Positions 19,174 to 29,123 of a stretch of DNA of 64,000 nucleotides are shown piece after piece (position 1 is the first letter of the stretch; each line of letters opens with the position of its first letter). The stretch comes from Cyanophyceae cyanobacterium (GTDB lineage Bacteria; Cyanobacteriota; Cyanobacteriia; Cyanobacteriales; JBHJGN01), in the NCBI GenBank assembly GCA_050331735.1, contig JBHJGN010000031.1, forward strand, positions 1-64,000, given 5' to 3'. Position numbers and translations under genes: made by a program. Under the pieces are notes generated by a model, which worked only from the letters and a program-made list of their open reading frames with translations, was not told where the DNA came from and ran no database searches.

Positions 19174-20325
19174 TCAATTAAGGTCGAGTTCGCGTTTCTC
19201 GATCGGAATATACGGATGGTTGCGAACCCCAGTGTAGACTTGAGTGGGACGAAAAATCCGATTAACTCCAAGCTGCTCTTTCCAGTGGGCTAACCACCCC
19301 GCAACGCGGGCGATCGCAAACACTGGCGTGAACAAATCACTGGGAATACCAAGCTTGCGATAAACTAAGCCAGAGTAAAAGTCTACATTGGCATAGATGC
19401 CTCGATGACCAAACTTTTCCTCGACGACTCGCTCTAACTCAATGGCAATGTCGTAGTACCCATCGTGACCCGTTGCTTCAAATAGCTGTTCGGCGAGATC
19501 CTGTAGGATCATGGCTCGCGGATCTTTAACCTTGTAAACGCGATGTCCAAAGCCCATAATTTTTTGTTTGGCGGTCACGCAGTTGTCTACGTAAGCACGA
19601 ACATTTTCCACTGAGCCAATTTCCTCTAACATCGTCAACACTTCTTCATTGGCTCCTCCATGCAAAGGTCCTGCCAAGGTGCCAACAGCAGAAGCAACTA
19701 CCGCATAGGGATCGGTGAGAGTTGAGGCCGTGACCATAGCTGAAAAGGTAGAGGCGTTAATCGTATGTTCTGCATGAAGAGTCAAACAGACATCAAACAC
19801 TCTGGCAGCCAAAGGCTCGGGGACTCGCTCCGTTAGCATGTAAAGAAAGTTAGTCGCATAGTCAAGCTCGTCATTGGGCTGAATAGCATCGTTGCCTTTG
19901 CGCATTAACTGAATGGCGGCGACCATCGTCGGAATTTTGGCGAGCAGGCGCACCACCGCTTGACGAATATAGTCCGGATTATCCAAAGCGCGGCGAGAAT
20001 AGAAAAGGCCCAAAGCGGCGGCTGAGGTTTGCAGAGCATCCATAGGATGTCCGGTTTCCGGAAAACACTTCATCATGTCCCGAATACGGTACTTAATGCG
20101 CCGATGGTGCAAAATGTCGTTCTCAAAAGCCGATAGTTCTGCTTTGGTGGGTAATTTACCCCAAATCAACAAATAGGCAGTTTCGACAAACGTACTTTTA
20201 GCCGCCAGTTCCTCGATCCGAATGCCTCGATATTCTAAAATTCCCTCTTTGCCATCCACACAGCTAATACTAGATTGAGCTGCCGGAATTCCTTCTAAAC
20301 CTGGCTTGTATTCGCATGCACTCAT
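19174..20325 (-). CDS. gltA: citrate synthase
   Basis: YKPGLEG, HAEHTINAST, GPLHGGANE, GFGHRVYK and NVDFYSG motifs. Confidence 0.97.
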   Translation of the reverse strand: MSACEYKPGLEGIPAAQSSISCVDGKEGILEYRGIRIEELAAKSTFVETAYLLIWGKLPTKAELSAFENDILHHRRIKYRIRDMMKCFPETGHPMDALQTSAAALGLFYSRRALDNPDYIRQAVVRLLAKIPTMVAAIQLMRKGNDAIQPNDELDYATNFLYMLTERVPEPLAARVFDVCLTLHAEHTINASTFSAMVTASTLTDPYAVVASAVGTLAGPLHGGANEEVLTMLEEIGSVENVRAYVDNCVTAKQKIMGFGHRVYKVKDPRAMILQDLAEQLFEATGHDGYYDIAIELERVVEEKFGHRGIYANVDFYSGLVYRKLGIPSDLFTPVFAIARVAGWLAHWKEQLGVNRIFRPTQVYTGVRNHPYIPIEKRELDLN

Positions 20326-20500
20326 AAGTTTGATCAAAAGTTAGTCTTGACGTTAACTTACCTTAAAATGGGGGATTCAAAGTTGCTAGTGTTACCAAAT
20401 TAGCAACCAGCCTCATTATCAAAGAGCAGAACAGCTCTTGCTGGATTGAGGGAAGCCAAGGGGAAGGAAATTTTCCTCTGGCATTGGGTTCGGTGGGCTC

Positions 20501-20992
20501 CTACGGCAGCTCAAGCAGCCATTTCGGAGAGGTGAGGAGAAAGAGCTCGCTGTGGCCTACGGGGTCTTGCGACGGCACGTTTAAGCCAATTACGCCAGCT
20601 TTTTTCACAACCAGGCTACCCTGCACTGCTCCCCAGACTAGAGTTTCTGTCCAGTAACCGAGATCGGGCTGATGGCCTACTAAGGCGATTGGGTCTGGGT
20701 TGGGTTGCTCGGACCACCACTGTAGCCAGTCTTGAAGCTGTCCTTCAGGAGCGAGGGCCGGAAATTCGTCAACGTGATCGCATAAGCCCGCTGTTTGGAA
20801 GATAACTGCTGTTTGCCAAGCTCTGACCAACGGACTCGATAGAATAAGCTCGAACCTTACGCCACAGCGATACAGACGCTCAGCCACCGCCTGAGTTTTC
20901 TGCCTTCCTGTTTGCGTAAGAGGGCGGTCTTGATCTGCTGCATAGTCAGCGCGCTCTGCCGCAATGCCATGACGGATCAGATATAGCTTCAT
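20501..20992 (-). CDS. sixA: phosphohistidine phosphatase SixA
   Basis: LIRHG, SSPLVRAWQTA, VGHQP. Confidence 0.92.
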   Translation of the reverse strand: MKLYLIRHGIAAERADYAADQDRPLTQTGRQKTQAVAERLYRCGVRFELILSSPLVRAWQTAVIFQTAGLCDHVDEFPALAPEGQLQDWLQWWSEQPNPDPIALVGHQPDLGYWTETLVWGAVQGSLVVKKAGVIGLNVPSQDPVGHSELFLLTSPKWLLELP

Positions 20993-20994
20993 CG

Positions 20995-22221
20995 TTAATC
21001 CGTCTGAATCACATTGTCATCGGGATTAACGAGGCGGAGGAGTTTCTGTTTAATCTGGATATCAAAAACTTCCCACTTCAGCTTGGCATAGTCTGAATTA
21101 TCGTTAAAGCCTCCTAAGAATCCAATCGGAATTTCAAAGCCTCCGGCCATGTAGCGTCCGCCGCCAAAGAAACGACCCTGGGCGTCTTTGCCAAAGGCTT
21201 CTTTAATAAATTCGTCTGGATCTAGAGTCAGTTTGTTGGTTCTTAGAGAACCAATAACGACTTCGATCTCTTCATCTTCATCATGCACAATGCCGTAGAC
21301 CAGCGCTGTATGAATATCTTCTTCGGTCACTAGAAAGTCAGCCGCCTGCGGAATCGCGTCACGGTCGTCGTAGCGCAGATATCCTACGCCTGCAATCGAA
21401 AAATTATTTTGGCTCTTGCGATTTCTTAATGAGCGTTCAATCACATCCATAACTCGCCGAGAACGCGCCGAGCGCAGAACAGCACCGAGAAGCTGAGTGT
21501 CATAGAAGCGGCTTAGATAGCCGGCTGCCTGAAAATCTTCTTCCTGAGCCTGCATCAGTCGATTGGTATCTGAGCGAACGCCATGCATCAACGCGGTAGC
21601 GCACTTGACGTGCTGATTATTGCTGCTGTCAAATTTCAAAAGCCCTGCCTGAATATACTGGGTCAAGATAGTTGCGGTTGCCCGAGTTTGAGGACGCAAA
21701 TCCACGAATTCTGCTTCGACACTTTCCTGATCGCTGTGATGATCGATCACGACCAGAACGGGAATGTTTGCCTCTCTGATAAAGGGAACGAGCTGCGAGT
21801 TTGTTCCTTGACTATCTACTAAAATACATCCCTGGTAGAGTGATAAATCTTTGTCCTTCATTGTCGGAATCGCCCAGCGTTTAGCCGGTAATCCCGTTAG
21901 CTTTACCAAAGCAATATTTTCTTGGTGGGAGAGAGTCCCGGCATACACAATGTCGCACTGAATGTCGTACGGTTGAGCAATCAACTGGTAGGCCCAGGCA
22001 CTGGAGAGCGCATCCGGATCGGGAAAATCTTGAATAACAACGACGTGACGCTCCGAAGCGTGTTTTTCTAAAGTTTCCTGTAGTTTTTTAGTAATTTGAC
22101 TCGAAGGCCAGGAAGGTTGTTGACTGTCAGCAGACTGAGTGCCATTCGTGATATCAATGGCTACTGGTGCCTTCAGCTTGGTTTCTACTGGATTAGAAGT
22201 TGGATTTGTTTTTGACGGCAT
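20995..22221 (-). CDS. DHH-family phosphoesterase (NrnA-like)
   Basis: PDPDA, IDHH, GVRSDT and GGG motifs. Confidence 0.9.
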   Translation of the reverse strand: MPSKTNPTSNPVETKLKAPVAIDITNGTQSADSQQPSWPSSQITKKLQETLEKHASERHVVVIQDFPDPDALSSAWAYQLIAQPYDIQCDIVYAGTLSHQENIALVKLTGLPAKRWAIPTMKDKDLSLYQGCILVDSQGTNSQLVPFIREANIPVLVVIDHHSDQESVEAEFVDLRPQTRATATILTQYIQAGLLKFDSSNNQHVKCATALMHGVRSDTNRLMQAQEEDFQAAGYLSRFYDTQLLGAVLRSARSRRVMDVIERSLRNRKSQNNFSIAGVGYLRYDDRDAIPQAADFLVTEEDIHTALVYGIVHDEDEEIEVVIGSLRTNKLTLDPDEFIKEAFGKDAQGRFFGGGRYMAGGFEIPIGFLGGFNDNSDYAKLKWEVFDIQIKQKLLRLVNPDDNVIQTD

Positions 22222-22490
22222 TATCAGTCGGTTTTAGCAATCTATAAATGACGAAACACTCTCAGTAGCCCACAACTAATCTACAGGCTACCCGTTAAGG
22301 CACGATCACTGAGACTTCTATTGTGACAAATTCATTGGCGATCCAACCAATCCTCTCGGAGCAGATCGCGCGACGTGTTCTGCGATCAGGTAGCTTGCTA
22401 ACCAGTGTCGAACGGTCTCCAGCCTAGCTAGGTTGCGAGTCGGGTTGCCAAGACAAAACGGCGCCTTCCCAGCACGGCTATCTGCGCTTG

Positions 22491-22988
22491 TCAAATACCG
22501 ATGACGTACTTTCTCCACTCCTGGTTGAGATTGTCTTTAGTATGTTTAACGATTTCAAAATGAAGGCTACTGTAGGGTCTGCGAGGTTGAGAACGCAAGC
22601 TAAAATTGGCTTCTCTGGGGGTGCGGCTGCCTTTTTTAACGTTGCAGCGAACGCAGGCGGTGACGAGGTTTTCCCAGGTATCTCCCCCCCCCCGAGAACG
22701 AGGAATAACGTGGTCTAGGGTAAGCTGTTCTCCTTTGTAGTTGCAGTACTGGCAGGCATGTCGGTCTCGTTCAAAAATATTACGACGGGTGAGGGGAATT
22801 TCTTTGTAGGGAACCCTGACGTAGTAGCGCAGCCGAATGACTGTAGGCAGAGGAAATTCCGTATAGAGGTACTTCCCGTTGTGTTCAAGTCGCTCTGCCT
22901 TGCCTTTAAGCAATAAGACAACCGCCCTTCGCCAACTGGTAATGTTGAGCGGTTCGTAGGAGGCATTCAACACCAGAACCTTACCCAT
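22491..22988 (-). CDS. HNH endonuclease (McrA-like)
   Basis: VLVLNASYEP, CQYC, TLDHVIPRSRGG, ACVRCNVKKG. Confidence 0.92.
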   Translation of the reverse strand: MGKVLVLNASYEPLNITSWRRAVVLLLKGKAERLEHNGKYLYTEFPLPTVIRLRYYVRVPYKEIPLTRRNIFERDRHACQYCNYKGEQLTLDHVIPRSRGGGDTWENLVTACVRCNVKKGSRTPREANFSLRSQPRRPYSSLHFEIVKHTKDNLNQEWRKYVIGI

Positions 22989-23274
22989 TGTGTTAAAAAT
23001 TAAAGGAGCCTATCACAGATAGTAACATAGGCTAAAGCCGTCTGTGCTGATGAATCAGAGATTTCGTCGGGTGATTTGAGGGAGGATCTGGGTTTTTAGG
23101 AGGCCAAACTCATCGATCGCTTCGGAACAATTCCCGGGTATGATTCTGGGGGAAACCAGCGAAGGCGTTAAGCTATCTCAGTTGAAGCGGAGGAAATTAG
23201 CACTTGAGAGCTTGACTGACAGCTTTCTCTGCTGCTATTAATCTTCAATTAAAGAGTGTGGGGAGCAACTGTCA

Positions 23275-24441
23275 ATGGGGAGTAGAAACCCGAAGCTTAA
23301 CTGCGTTATCATCAACCAGCTCGACGACATTCAGCGAGCTTGGGTCGAAATTGACCGCCAGGCGATCGCCAACAACGTCCGGCAGTTTAAACGATATCTA
23401 AAAGCGCCAACGGAGCTGATGGCGGTGGTGAAAGCCGATGCCTACGGCCACGGAGCGATTCGAGTAGCCCAAACGGTTCTCCAAGAGGGCGCCACGTGGC
23501 TAGCGGTGGCTACTCTCAGCGAGGGAATCGAGCTGCGCAAAGCGGGCCTTACGGCTCCTATTTTGATTTTGGGAGCGACCAACACCCCTCAAGAAATTCA
23601 GGCGATCGCCTACTGGCAGCTTCAGCCGACCCTCTGCAATCCCCAACAAGCTTTGCTGTTTTCAGAAACGATGGCGGCGGTTGGGCAGAACCTTCCAGTT
23701 CATCTCATCCTAGACACGGGCATGTCTCGTTTAGGCACTGTCTGGCACCAAGCCGTCGAGTTTGTCGGACTGGTGGAGCGGCTGCCGCATCTGCAGATTG
23801 CCAGCGTCTATTCTCATTTGGCCACCGCCGAAGATATCGATACAGCCACAATGCGGCAGCAACATCAGCGCTTCGAGCAGGCGATCGCCCTGCTGCGGGA
23901 CGGCGGTATCGTGCCTCCCTGCCTGCATCTTGCCAACTCAGCGGCAACCCTCAGCAACCGCGCCGCTCACTACGATTTGGTCAGAGTGGGATTAGGACTG
24001 TACGGACTCTACCCCGCTCCTCACCTCCAGACGGCGCTCGACCTCCAGCCTGTTCTTCAGGTTAAAGCGAGAGTTACCCAAGTCAAAACGATTCCGCCCC
24101 GCACCGGAGTGAGCTACGGCCACAGATTCGTTACGCATCGTCAGATGCGCCTTGCCGTTGTCGGCATCGGCTATGCGGATGGAGTCCCCCGCCAGTTGTC
24201 GAATCGCTTGCAGGTGCTCGTGAGAGGGCAGCTCGTGCCCCAAATTGGAGCGATTACCATGGATCAGCTTATGCTGGACATTAGCAAGCTCCCTGATATC
24301 CAGCCGGGGGAAGTTGTCACGCTCATTGGCAAAGACGGCAAGCATCAGATCTCCGCCGATGATTGGGCGGCTACTTTAGAAACTATTTCCTGGGAAATTC
24401 TGTGCGGATTTAAACACCGACTGCCCAGAATTACTCTCTAA
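23275..24441 (+). CDS. alr: alanine racemase
   Basis: PLP-lysine motif AVVKADAYGHG; GYADG. Confidence 0.96.
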   Translation: MGSRNPKLNCVIINQLDDIQRAWVEIDRQAIANNVRQFKRYLKAPTELMAVVKADAYGHGAIRVAQTVLQEGATWLAVATLSEGIELRKAGLTAPILILGATNTPQEIQAIAYWQLQPTLCNPQQALLFSETMAAVGQNLPVHLILDTGMSRLGTVWHQAVEFVGLVERLPHLQIASVYSHLATAEDIDTATMRQQHQRFEQAIALLRDGGIVPPCLHLANSAATLSNRAAHYDLVRVGLGLYGLYPAPHLQTALDLQPVLQVKARVTQVKTIPPRTGVSYGHRFVTHRQMRLAVVGIGYADGVPRQLSNRLQVLVRGQLVPQIGAITMDQLMLDISKLPDIQPGEVVTLIGKDGKHQISADDWAATLETISWEILCGFKHRLPRITL

Positions 24442-24470
24442 AATTTGAGTGCTCGTAGTACATCTAGTTG

Positions 24471-25715
24471 TTATGGATCCAACAGCGATCGCCCGGAAAG
24501 TAAGCGGGTGTAAATGTCGCTCAATTGAGCGGCAACGCTGTGCCAGCTAAAGTGCTCTCTGACCCGTTTTTCGCCATTCTTGCCTAACCAATCTCGCCAC
24601 TGAGCATCTCCGAGAATGCGGTCGATGGACTTAGCAAAGGCGCTGACATCTTGAGGAGGTGGCAGTAATCCGGTTTCTCGATCCACAATGGTATACTGCA
24701 ATCCTCCGACATGGGAGGCGACGACAGGAGTGCCGCTAGCCATGGCTTCGATGGCGACTAACCCAAACGGTTCGTAGTGAGAAGGCACAACGCAGACATC
24801 GGCTGCCGTGTAATATAGGGGCAGCTCCTCATCCGTAATGCGACCCGGAAAAATAATTTTGTCGGTCATGCCGAGGTCTGCCACAATCCTTTCGAGGCGA
24901 TCGCGCTCTAGTCCATCGCTTTGACCAGGGCGAGAACCGCCTCCAATGAAAACGCGCAGCTCATCGCGCCACTGAGATTGGTGAGCCGCTCGCACTAACG
25001 TTTCAATGCCTTTACGCTTGTCAAAGCGACCGATGTAAAAGACGATCTTCGCCTCCGCAGCGATACCCAAACGCTTTCTGGCCTCCTGTCTAGTGACTAA
25101 GCCGTAGCGGTCGGGGTCTGTGCCACAGGGAACTACCTGAATATGGCCGCGGGGAGAGACTAGCGATCGCATGTGTTCTCGTTCTTGGGGGCTAGTGGCG
25201 ATGATACAGTCGGCAGTTTCCAGACAGACTTTCTCGATTTCCAAACGAGTATTGGCAATTGGCGGAATCGGTTCAACGCACTGATATTTAACGGCTCCTA
25301 AAGAATGATATGTATGCACCATCGGTAAGACGAGTTTCCGCTTCAGTTCTAATCCTACCCAGCCTGAAATCCAGTAATTTGTGTGCATCAAAGCATAATT
25401 GTGCGCTTGCTGAAACGACAGCAGTTGTTCGACAAACTGATAGCGATAGCTAAAAATTTCCTGACGCGGAACAAATTCTTCGGGCCCAGCGACTAGGCGA
25501 ATAGTGCGGCAGTTTTCTGTGTGTTGAACTTCCTTGGGCTGATTGGCAGCAGCAGCACGGGTGAACATATCTACCTGCCACCCTTGCTTTGCTAAAGCTT
25601 CCCCTACCTGACGCACGTATACATTTTGACCTCCAGCTTCTTCCTTGCCAATTTCTACTGCCGGATCGCCATGCACAGAGATCAGCGCGACTGATTTCTG
25701 CTGATTCGCGTTCAT
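24471..25715 (-). CDS. GT4 glycosyltransferase, probably sucrose-phosphate synthase (glucosyltransferase-domain-only type)
   Basis: ALISVHGDPAVEIGKEEAGGQNVYV, HTYHSLG, GRFDKRKG and EPFGLVAIEAMA, matching Anabaena-type SPS as I recall it. Confidence 0.8.
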   Translation of the reverse strand: MNANQQKSVALISVHGDPAVEIGKEEAGGQNVYVRQVGEALAKQGWQVDMFTRAAAANQPKEVQHTENCRTIRLVAGPEEFVPRQEIFSYRYQFVEQLLSFQQAHNYALMHTNYWISGWVGLELKRKLVLPMVHTYHSLGAVKYQCVEPIPPIANTRLEIEKVCLETADCIIATSPQEREHMRSLVSPRGHIQVVPCGTDPDRYGLVTRQEARKRLGIAAEAKIVFYIGRFDKRKGIETLVRAAHQSQWRDELRVFIGGGSRPGQSDGLERDRLERIVADLGMTDKIIFPGRITDEELPLYYTAADVCVVPSHYEPFGLVAIEAMASGTPVVASHVGGLQYTIVDRETGLLPPPQDVSAFAKSIDRILGDAQWRDWLGKNGEKRVREHFSWHSVAAQLSDIYTRLLSGRSLLDP

Positions 25716-26146
25716 AGCCTGTTACCCTCACTCGAATTCAAGACAGAGGAGCTGGCTCGTGGCTGGGCGGTCAGCCTCCTCCGGAGGAGCTGCGCTAACG
25801 CAGTCACCGCCGTTGAACGATGGTGTACCGATGACTTTGTTTTGAACGTCCCAGGACTCGAGAAACCTAGCGTTAACGTTGAAGCATTATCCTCGGTTGC
25901 TTAGTATTTAACGCCTAAAGGGCATTATTTAACCATCCATTACAGCTTAACAATTCTATTCCAAGTCTGTTTCCTCTCAGATGGATATCTGCGTCGTTGC
26001 CAGTAGCGTTCCTCTGCTAAAAAATTATCGAGAATCGCTTCATCTCTGCCGAAGATCATCTATAATGGAGAGCCATGACGGGCGACACAGGCAAAGGGCG
26101 GCGACTCCCATTCATTTTGAGTCCCGAAATGCCCCGCCCCCATCCT

Positions 26147-26238
26147 GGAGAGGTGGCTGAGTGGTCGAAAGCGGCAGATTGCTAATCTGTTGATAGGTAC
26201 GTAAGTCCTATCCGAGGGTTCGAATCCCTCCCTCTCCG
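26147..26238 (+). tRNA. trnS: tRNA-Ser(GCT)
   Basis: GGAGAGG...CCTCTCC acceptor stem, anticodon arm GCAGA-TTGCTAA-TCTGT, long variable arm, GGTTCGAATCC T-arm. Confidence 0.97.
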
Positions 26239-26300
26239 TTCCTTTGGCTCGGTTAAGTAAAAATTAGTGCCGGGAATCTGGCTGTCAAAGGCGATCGCCT

Positions 26301-27002
26301 TCAAGCAGACTTTGCTTTCGCTTTCGCTCGCTGCACCGGGTTCATCCAGTCTTCCAAGAAGCTAAACGCCCGCGATGAGAGTAAGGTTAAGACTAAGTAA
26401 ACGAGGGCAACTGCTGCGTAAATTTCAAAGGCGCGATAATTGTTGGCAACAATCAACTGACCGCGACGAAACAACTCCTCAAAGCCGATGACGGCAACGA
26501 GGCTAGTATCTTTTAATAAAGTAATAAATTCATTGCCTAACGGAGGCAGCATCCGCCGAAAAGCTTGGGGAAAGATGACGTAGCGCAGGGTTTGGATCGA
26601 GCCCATTCCTAAAGATTCAGAGGCTTCCCACTGTCCGGTTTCAATCGACTGAATGCCGCCGCGAATAATTTCGGCTAGGTAGGCAGCAGAATTCAAGCTG
26701 AGAGCTAAGACAGCGGCGGGAAAACGGTCTAGGTTGAAGGGAAGGCCAACTCTCTGAAACAGGGCGGGCAGCCCAAAATAGATCATGAAAATTTGCACGA
26801 GCAAGGGAGTCCCGCGAAAGAAATCAACGTAGGCTCTCGTTAGCCAGCGCAGGGGGGCAGAGGCAGAAAGACGAGCGATCGCAATCAATGTCCCGCCAAT
26901 CAGTCCGAAGAACACAGATAGTGCCGTGAGTTGCAGGGTGATCAAAGCGCCCCATAGAAGATTGGGCAGAGCATTAACAATGATGCCAAAAGCGTCAAGC
27001 AT
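26301..27002 (-). CDS. polar/basic amino acid ABC transporter permease
   Basis: FRGTPLLVQ, AYLAEIIRGGI, GQWEASESLG, LLKDTSL. Confidence 0.93.
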   Translation of the reverse strand: MLDAFGIIVNALPNLLWGALITLQLTALSVFFGLIGGTLIAIARLSASAPLRWLTRAYVDFFRGTPLLVQIFMIYFGLPALFQRVGLPFNLDRFPAAVLALSLNSAAYLAEIIRGGIQSIETGQWEASESLGMGSIQTLRYVIFPQAFRRMLPPLGNEFITLLKDTSLVAVIGFEELFRRGQLIVANNYRAFEIYAAVALVYLVLTLLSSRAFSFLEDWMNPVQRAKAKAKSA

Positions 27003-27022
27003 GAATCCTACCAATTCTATAT

Positions 27023-27174
27023 AAATGTCCGGTGCGGGACGGGGAAGGGGAAAATTGTCGCGTTCGCGACGAGGAAAGAATACCGCTCAAGGAACAAACT
27101 CTCCTCTTTCCCTTTCCCCCTTCCCCTTTGCCCTTTTCCCGCAGCGCAAGCTGCTTTCCCTGCGCCTGTGGCGC
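27023..27174. repeat. composite heptamer/mini-hairpin repeat, second instance
   Basis: GTCC-ggtgcg-GGAC, GTCGC-gttc-GCGAC, GCAGC-gcaa-GCTGC and GCGCC-tgt-GGCGC within GGGGAA and TTCCCC arms. Confidence 0.88.
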
Positions 27175-28017
27175 TTAGCCTTCTAGGGCTGGAGCCGTTT
27201 CTGGCAGTTCCGGCGGTTCTTCTCCAAACCACTTTTGATAAATTTCAGCGTACGTGCCATTCTCAATGAGAGTGGCCAGGGCGCTGTTAATGTCTTCTTG
27301 GTAAGGAGCCTCTTGGGGTAAGGCAATTCCGTAGTACTCTTCTGTGAGCAAATTGCCCACCACTTCTAATCCCTCTAGGTTGCCAGAACTGATGGCATAG
27401 AGAGTGACAGGAGCATCGTTAATGACGGCATCGACGTTGCCGTTACTTAATTCTTGCAGGGCGAGGGGCGCTGAATCAAAGGTGCTGACCTCCGCGCCGG
27501 GAATTTCTGCGGCAGTTTGAGCCCCCGTCGTGCCAATTTGTACGGCAATTCTTTGATTCTGTAGGTCATCAAGGCTCTGAATGTTCTCAGTTCCTTCTTG
27601 AACGGCGATCGCCAGTCCTGACTGAAAATACGGACGGGAGAAGTCCACGGTTTCGGCTCGTTCGGCGGTAATCGTCATGGCGCTGATGGCTGCATCTACT
27701 CTTCCAGACTGCAACGCGGGGATAATGCCGTCGAAGGGCAAACTTTCGTATTCAATTTCGTAGCCTGCTTCCTCACCAATAGCGTTCATGAGGTCAATGT
27801 CAAAACCTTCTAATCCCCCTCCTTCTGCCTGAGACTCAAAGGGAGGAAACGCTGGCTCTGTTGCCACCGTTAGCGTTTGCTCGCTTGTCTGTGCCGTTTC
27901 TGAACCTGTCGATTCTGAAGTGCTTTCTGGATTTCCATTACAGGAGATGACCAGGAGTAAACACGTCAGACCGAGGGCTAGCTGACGCAACCATTTCCAT
28001 CGCCCTATGTTGACCAT
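27175..28017 (-). CDS. basic amino acid ABC transporter substrate-binding lipoprotein
   Basis: Lipobox VISC; ATEPAFPPFE, GFDIDL, ISAMTITAER, EEYYGIA. Confidence 0.93.
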   Translation of the reverse strand: MVNIGRWKWLRQLALGLTCLLLVISCNGNPESTSESTGSETAQTSEQTLTVATEPAFPPFESQAEGGGLEGFDIDLMNAIGEEAGYEIEYESLPFDGIIPALQSGRVDAAISAMTITAERAETVDFSRPYFQSGLAIAVQEGTENIQSLDDLQNQRIAVQIGTTGAQTAAEIPGAEVSTFDSAPLALQELSNGNVDAVINDAPVTLYAISSGNLEGLEVVGNLLTEEYYGIALPQEAPYQEDINSALATLIENGTYAEIYQKWFGEEPPELPETAPALEG

Positions 28018-28050
28018 AGCTTTGTTGTTACTCTTTACCTTAAAGCTCGA

Positions 28051-28149
28051 ACGTTAGCATATTCGTCGAGATCTAGATAGTATCAGTTTTTACGAACTTG
28101 AGAAAATGTAAAAAAACGTACAATTGGCGCTCCGCAAGTTCGATACTGT
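28051..28149. promoter_or_regulatory. two NtcA boxes in a divergent promoter
   Basis: GTA-tcagtttt-TAC (28080-28093) and TGTA-aaaaaacg-TACA (28107-28122). The latter is followed 22 nt later by TACTGT (TAN3T); the former has TAACGT 23 nt away on the minus strand. Confidence 0.7.
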
Positions 28150-28181
28150 TTAATATTGTTTCTCCCTAAACAGTCTGAAGC

Positions 28182-28934
28182 ATGGAAGATTCTGCTCCAG
28201 CTATTCGATTCCAGAATTTGCAAAAGAACTACGGTTCCCTAGAGGTGCTTCGGGGGATGAGCGGCACCATTAATCGAGGCGATGTCGTCTCCGTGATTGG
28301 TTCTTCTGGCTGCGGTAAAAGTACGCTATTGCGCTGTTTTAACCGGTTGGAAACAATTAATGACGGCAGCTTAGAAGTGATTGGTGTTGATTTATCTCAG
28401 CCAAAACTCAGTTCTAAAAATCTGCGGCGACTGAGAAGCAAAGTTGGAATGGTCTTTCAGCAGTTTAATCTGTTTCCTCATCTGAGCGTTCTCGAAAATC
28501 TGACGTTAGCTCCTCGCAAGGTGCTCAATGAATCCCAGCAAGAAAGTCGAGACCAGGCGAGGCTATACCTCGATAAGGTTGGGCTATCCGAGAAAGCGGA
28601 TGCTTATCCAGAACAGCTTTCTGGGGGTCAGAAGCAGCGGGTGGCGATCGCCCGCAGCCTGTGCATGAATCCACTCGTGCTGCTGTTCGACGAACCGACC
28701 TCCGCCCTAGACCCCGAACTGGTTGGAGAAGTGCTGTCGGTGATGCGGCAGCTTGCCGAAGAGGGAATGACGATGGTTGTGGTGACTCATGAAATCCAGT
28801 TTGCTCGCGAAGTCTCCAATCGCGTCTTTTTCCTTAACCAAGGGTGCATTGAAGAAGAGGGAAACGCTCAAGAAGTGCTGACTGCGCCGCGCAGCGATCG
28901 CCTGCGGTCTTTCCTCAGCCGCATGAGCATGTAG
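28182..28934 (+). CDS. amino acid ABC transporter ATP-binding protein (BgtA/GlnQ-like)
   Basis: [27 protein letters not shown]. Confidence 0.94.
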   Translation: MEDSAPAIRFQNLQKNYGSLEVLRGMSGTINRGDVVSVIGSSGCGKSTLLRCFNRLETINDGSLEVIGVDLSQPKLSSKNLRRLRSKVGMVFQQFNLFPHLSVLENLTLAPRKVLNESQQESRDQARLYLDKVGLSEKADAYPEQLSGGQKQRVAIARSLCMNPLVLLFDEPTSALDPELVGEVLSVMRQLAEEGMTMVVVTHEIQFAREVSNRVFFLNQGCIEEEGNAQEVLTAPRSDRLRSFLSRMSM

Positions 28935-29123
28935 CGCATCGGGCTAGTTAACATTAGCGGCGGCGATCGCTGCTAGAGCGGCTCAGTCTAGATACTGAAC
29001 TTCAGATTTCTTGTGTCATCTATCTACCGAAGGAGAAATTGGCAACTGATAACACACTGTAGGAGAAGAATTAGCTACAATCTGATGACAAACGACTATT
29101 AACATACCCATTACACTCAACAG

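Noticed and set aside
22491..22988. HNH nuclease as a defence or mobile element
   Set aside because: It belongs to the widespread conserved VLVLNASYEP family and lies in a housekeeping context with no partner genes.
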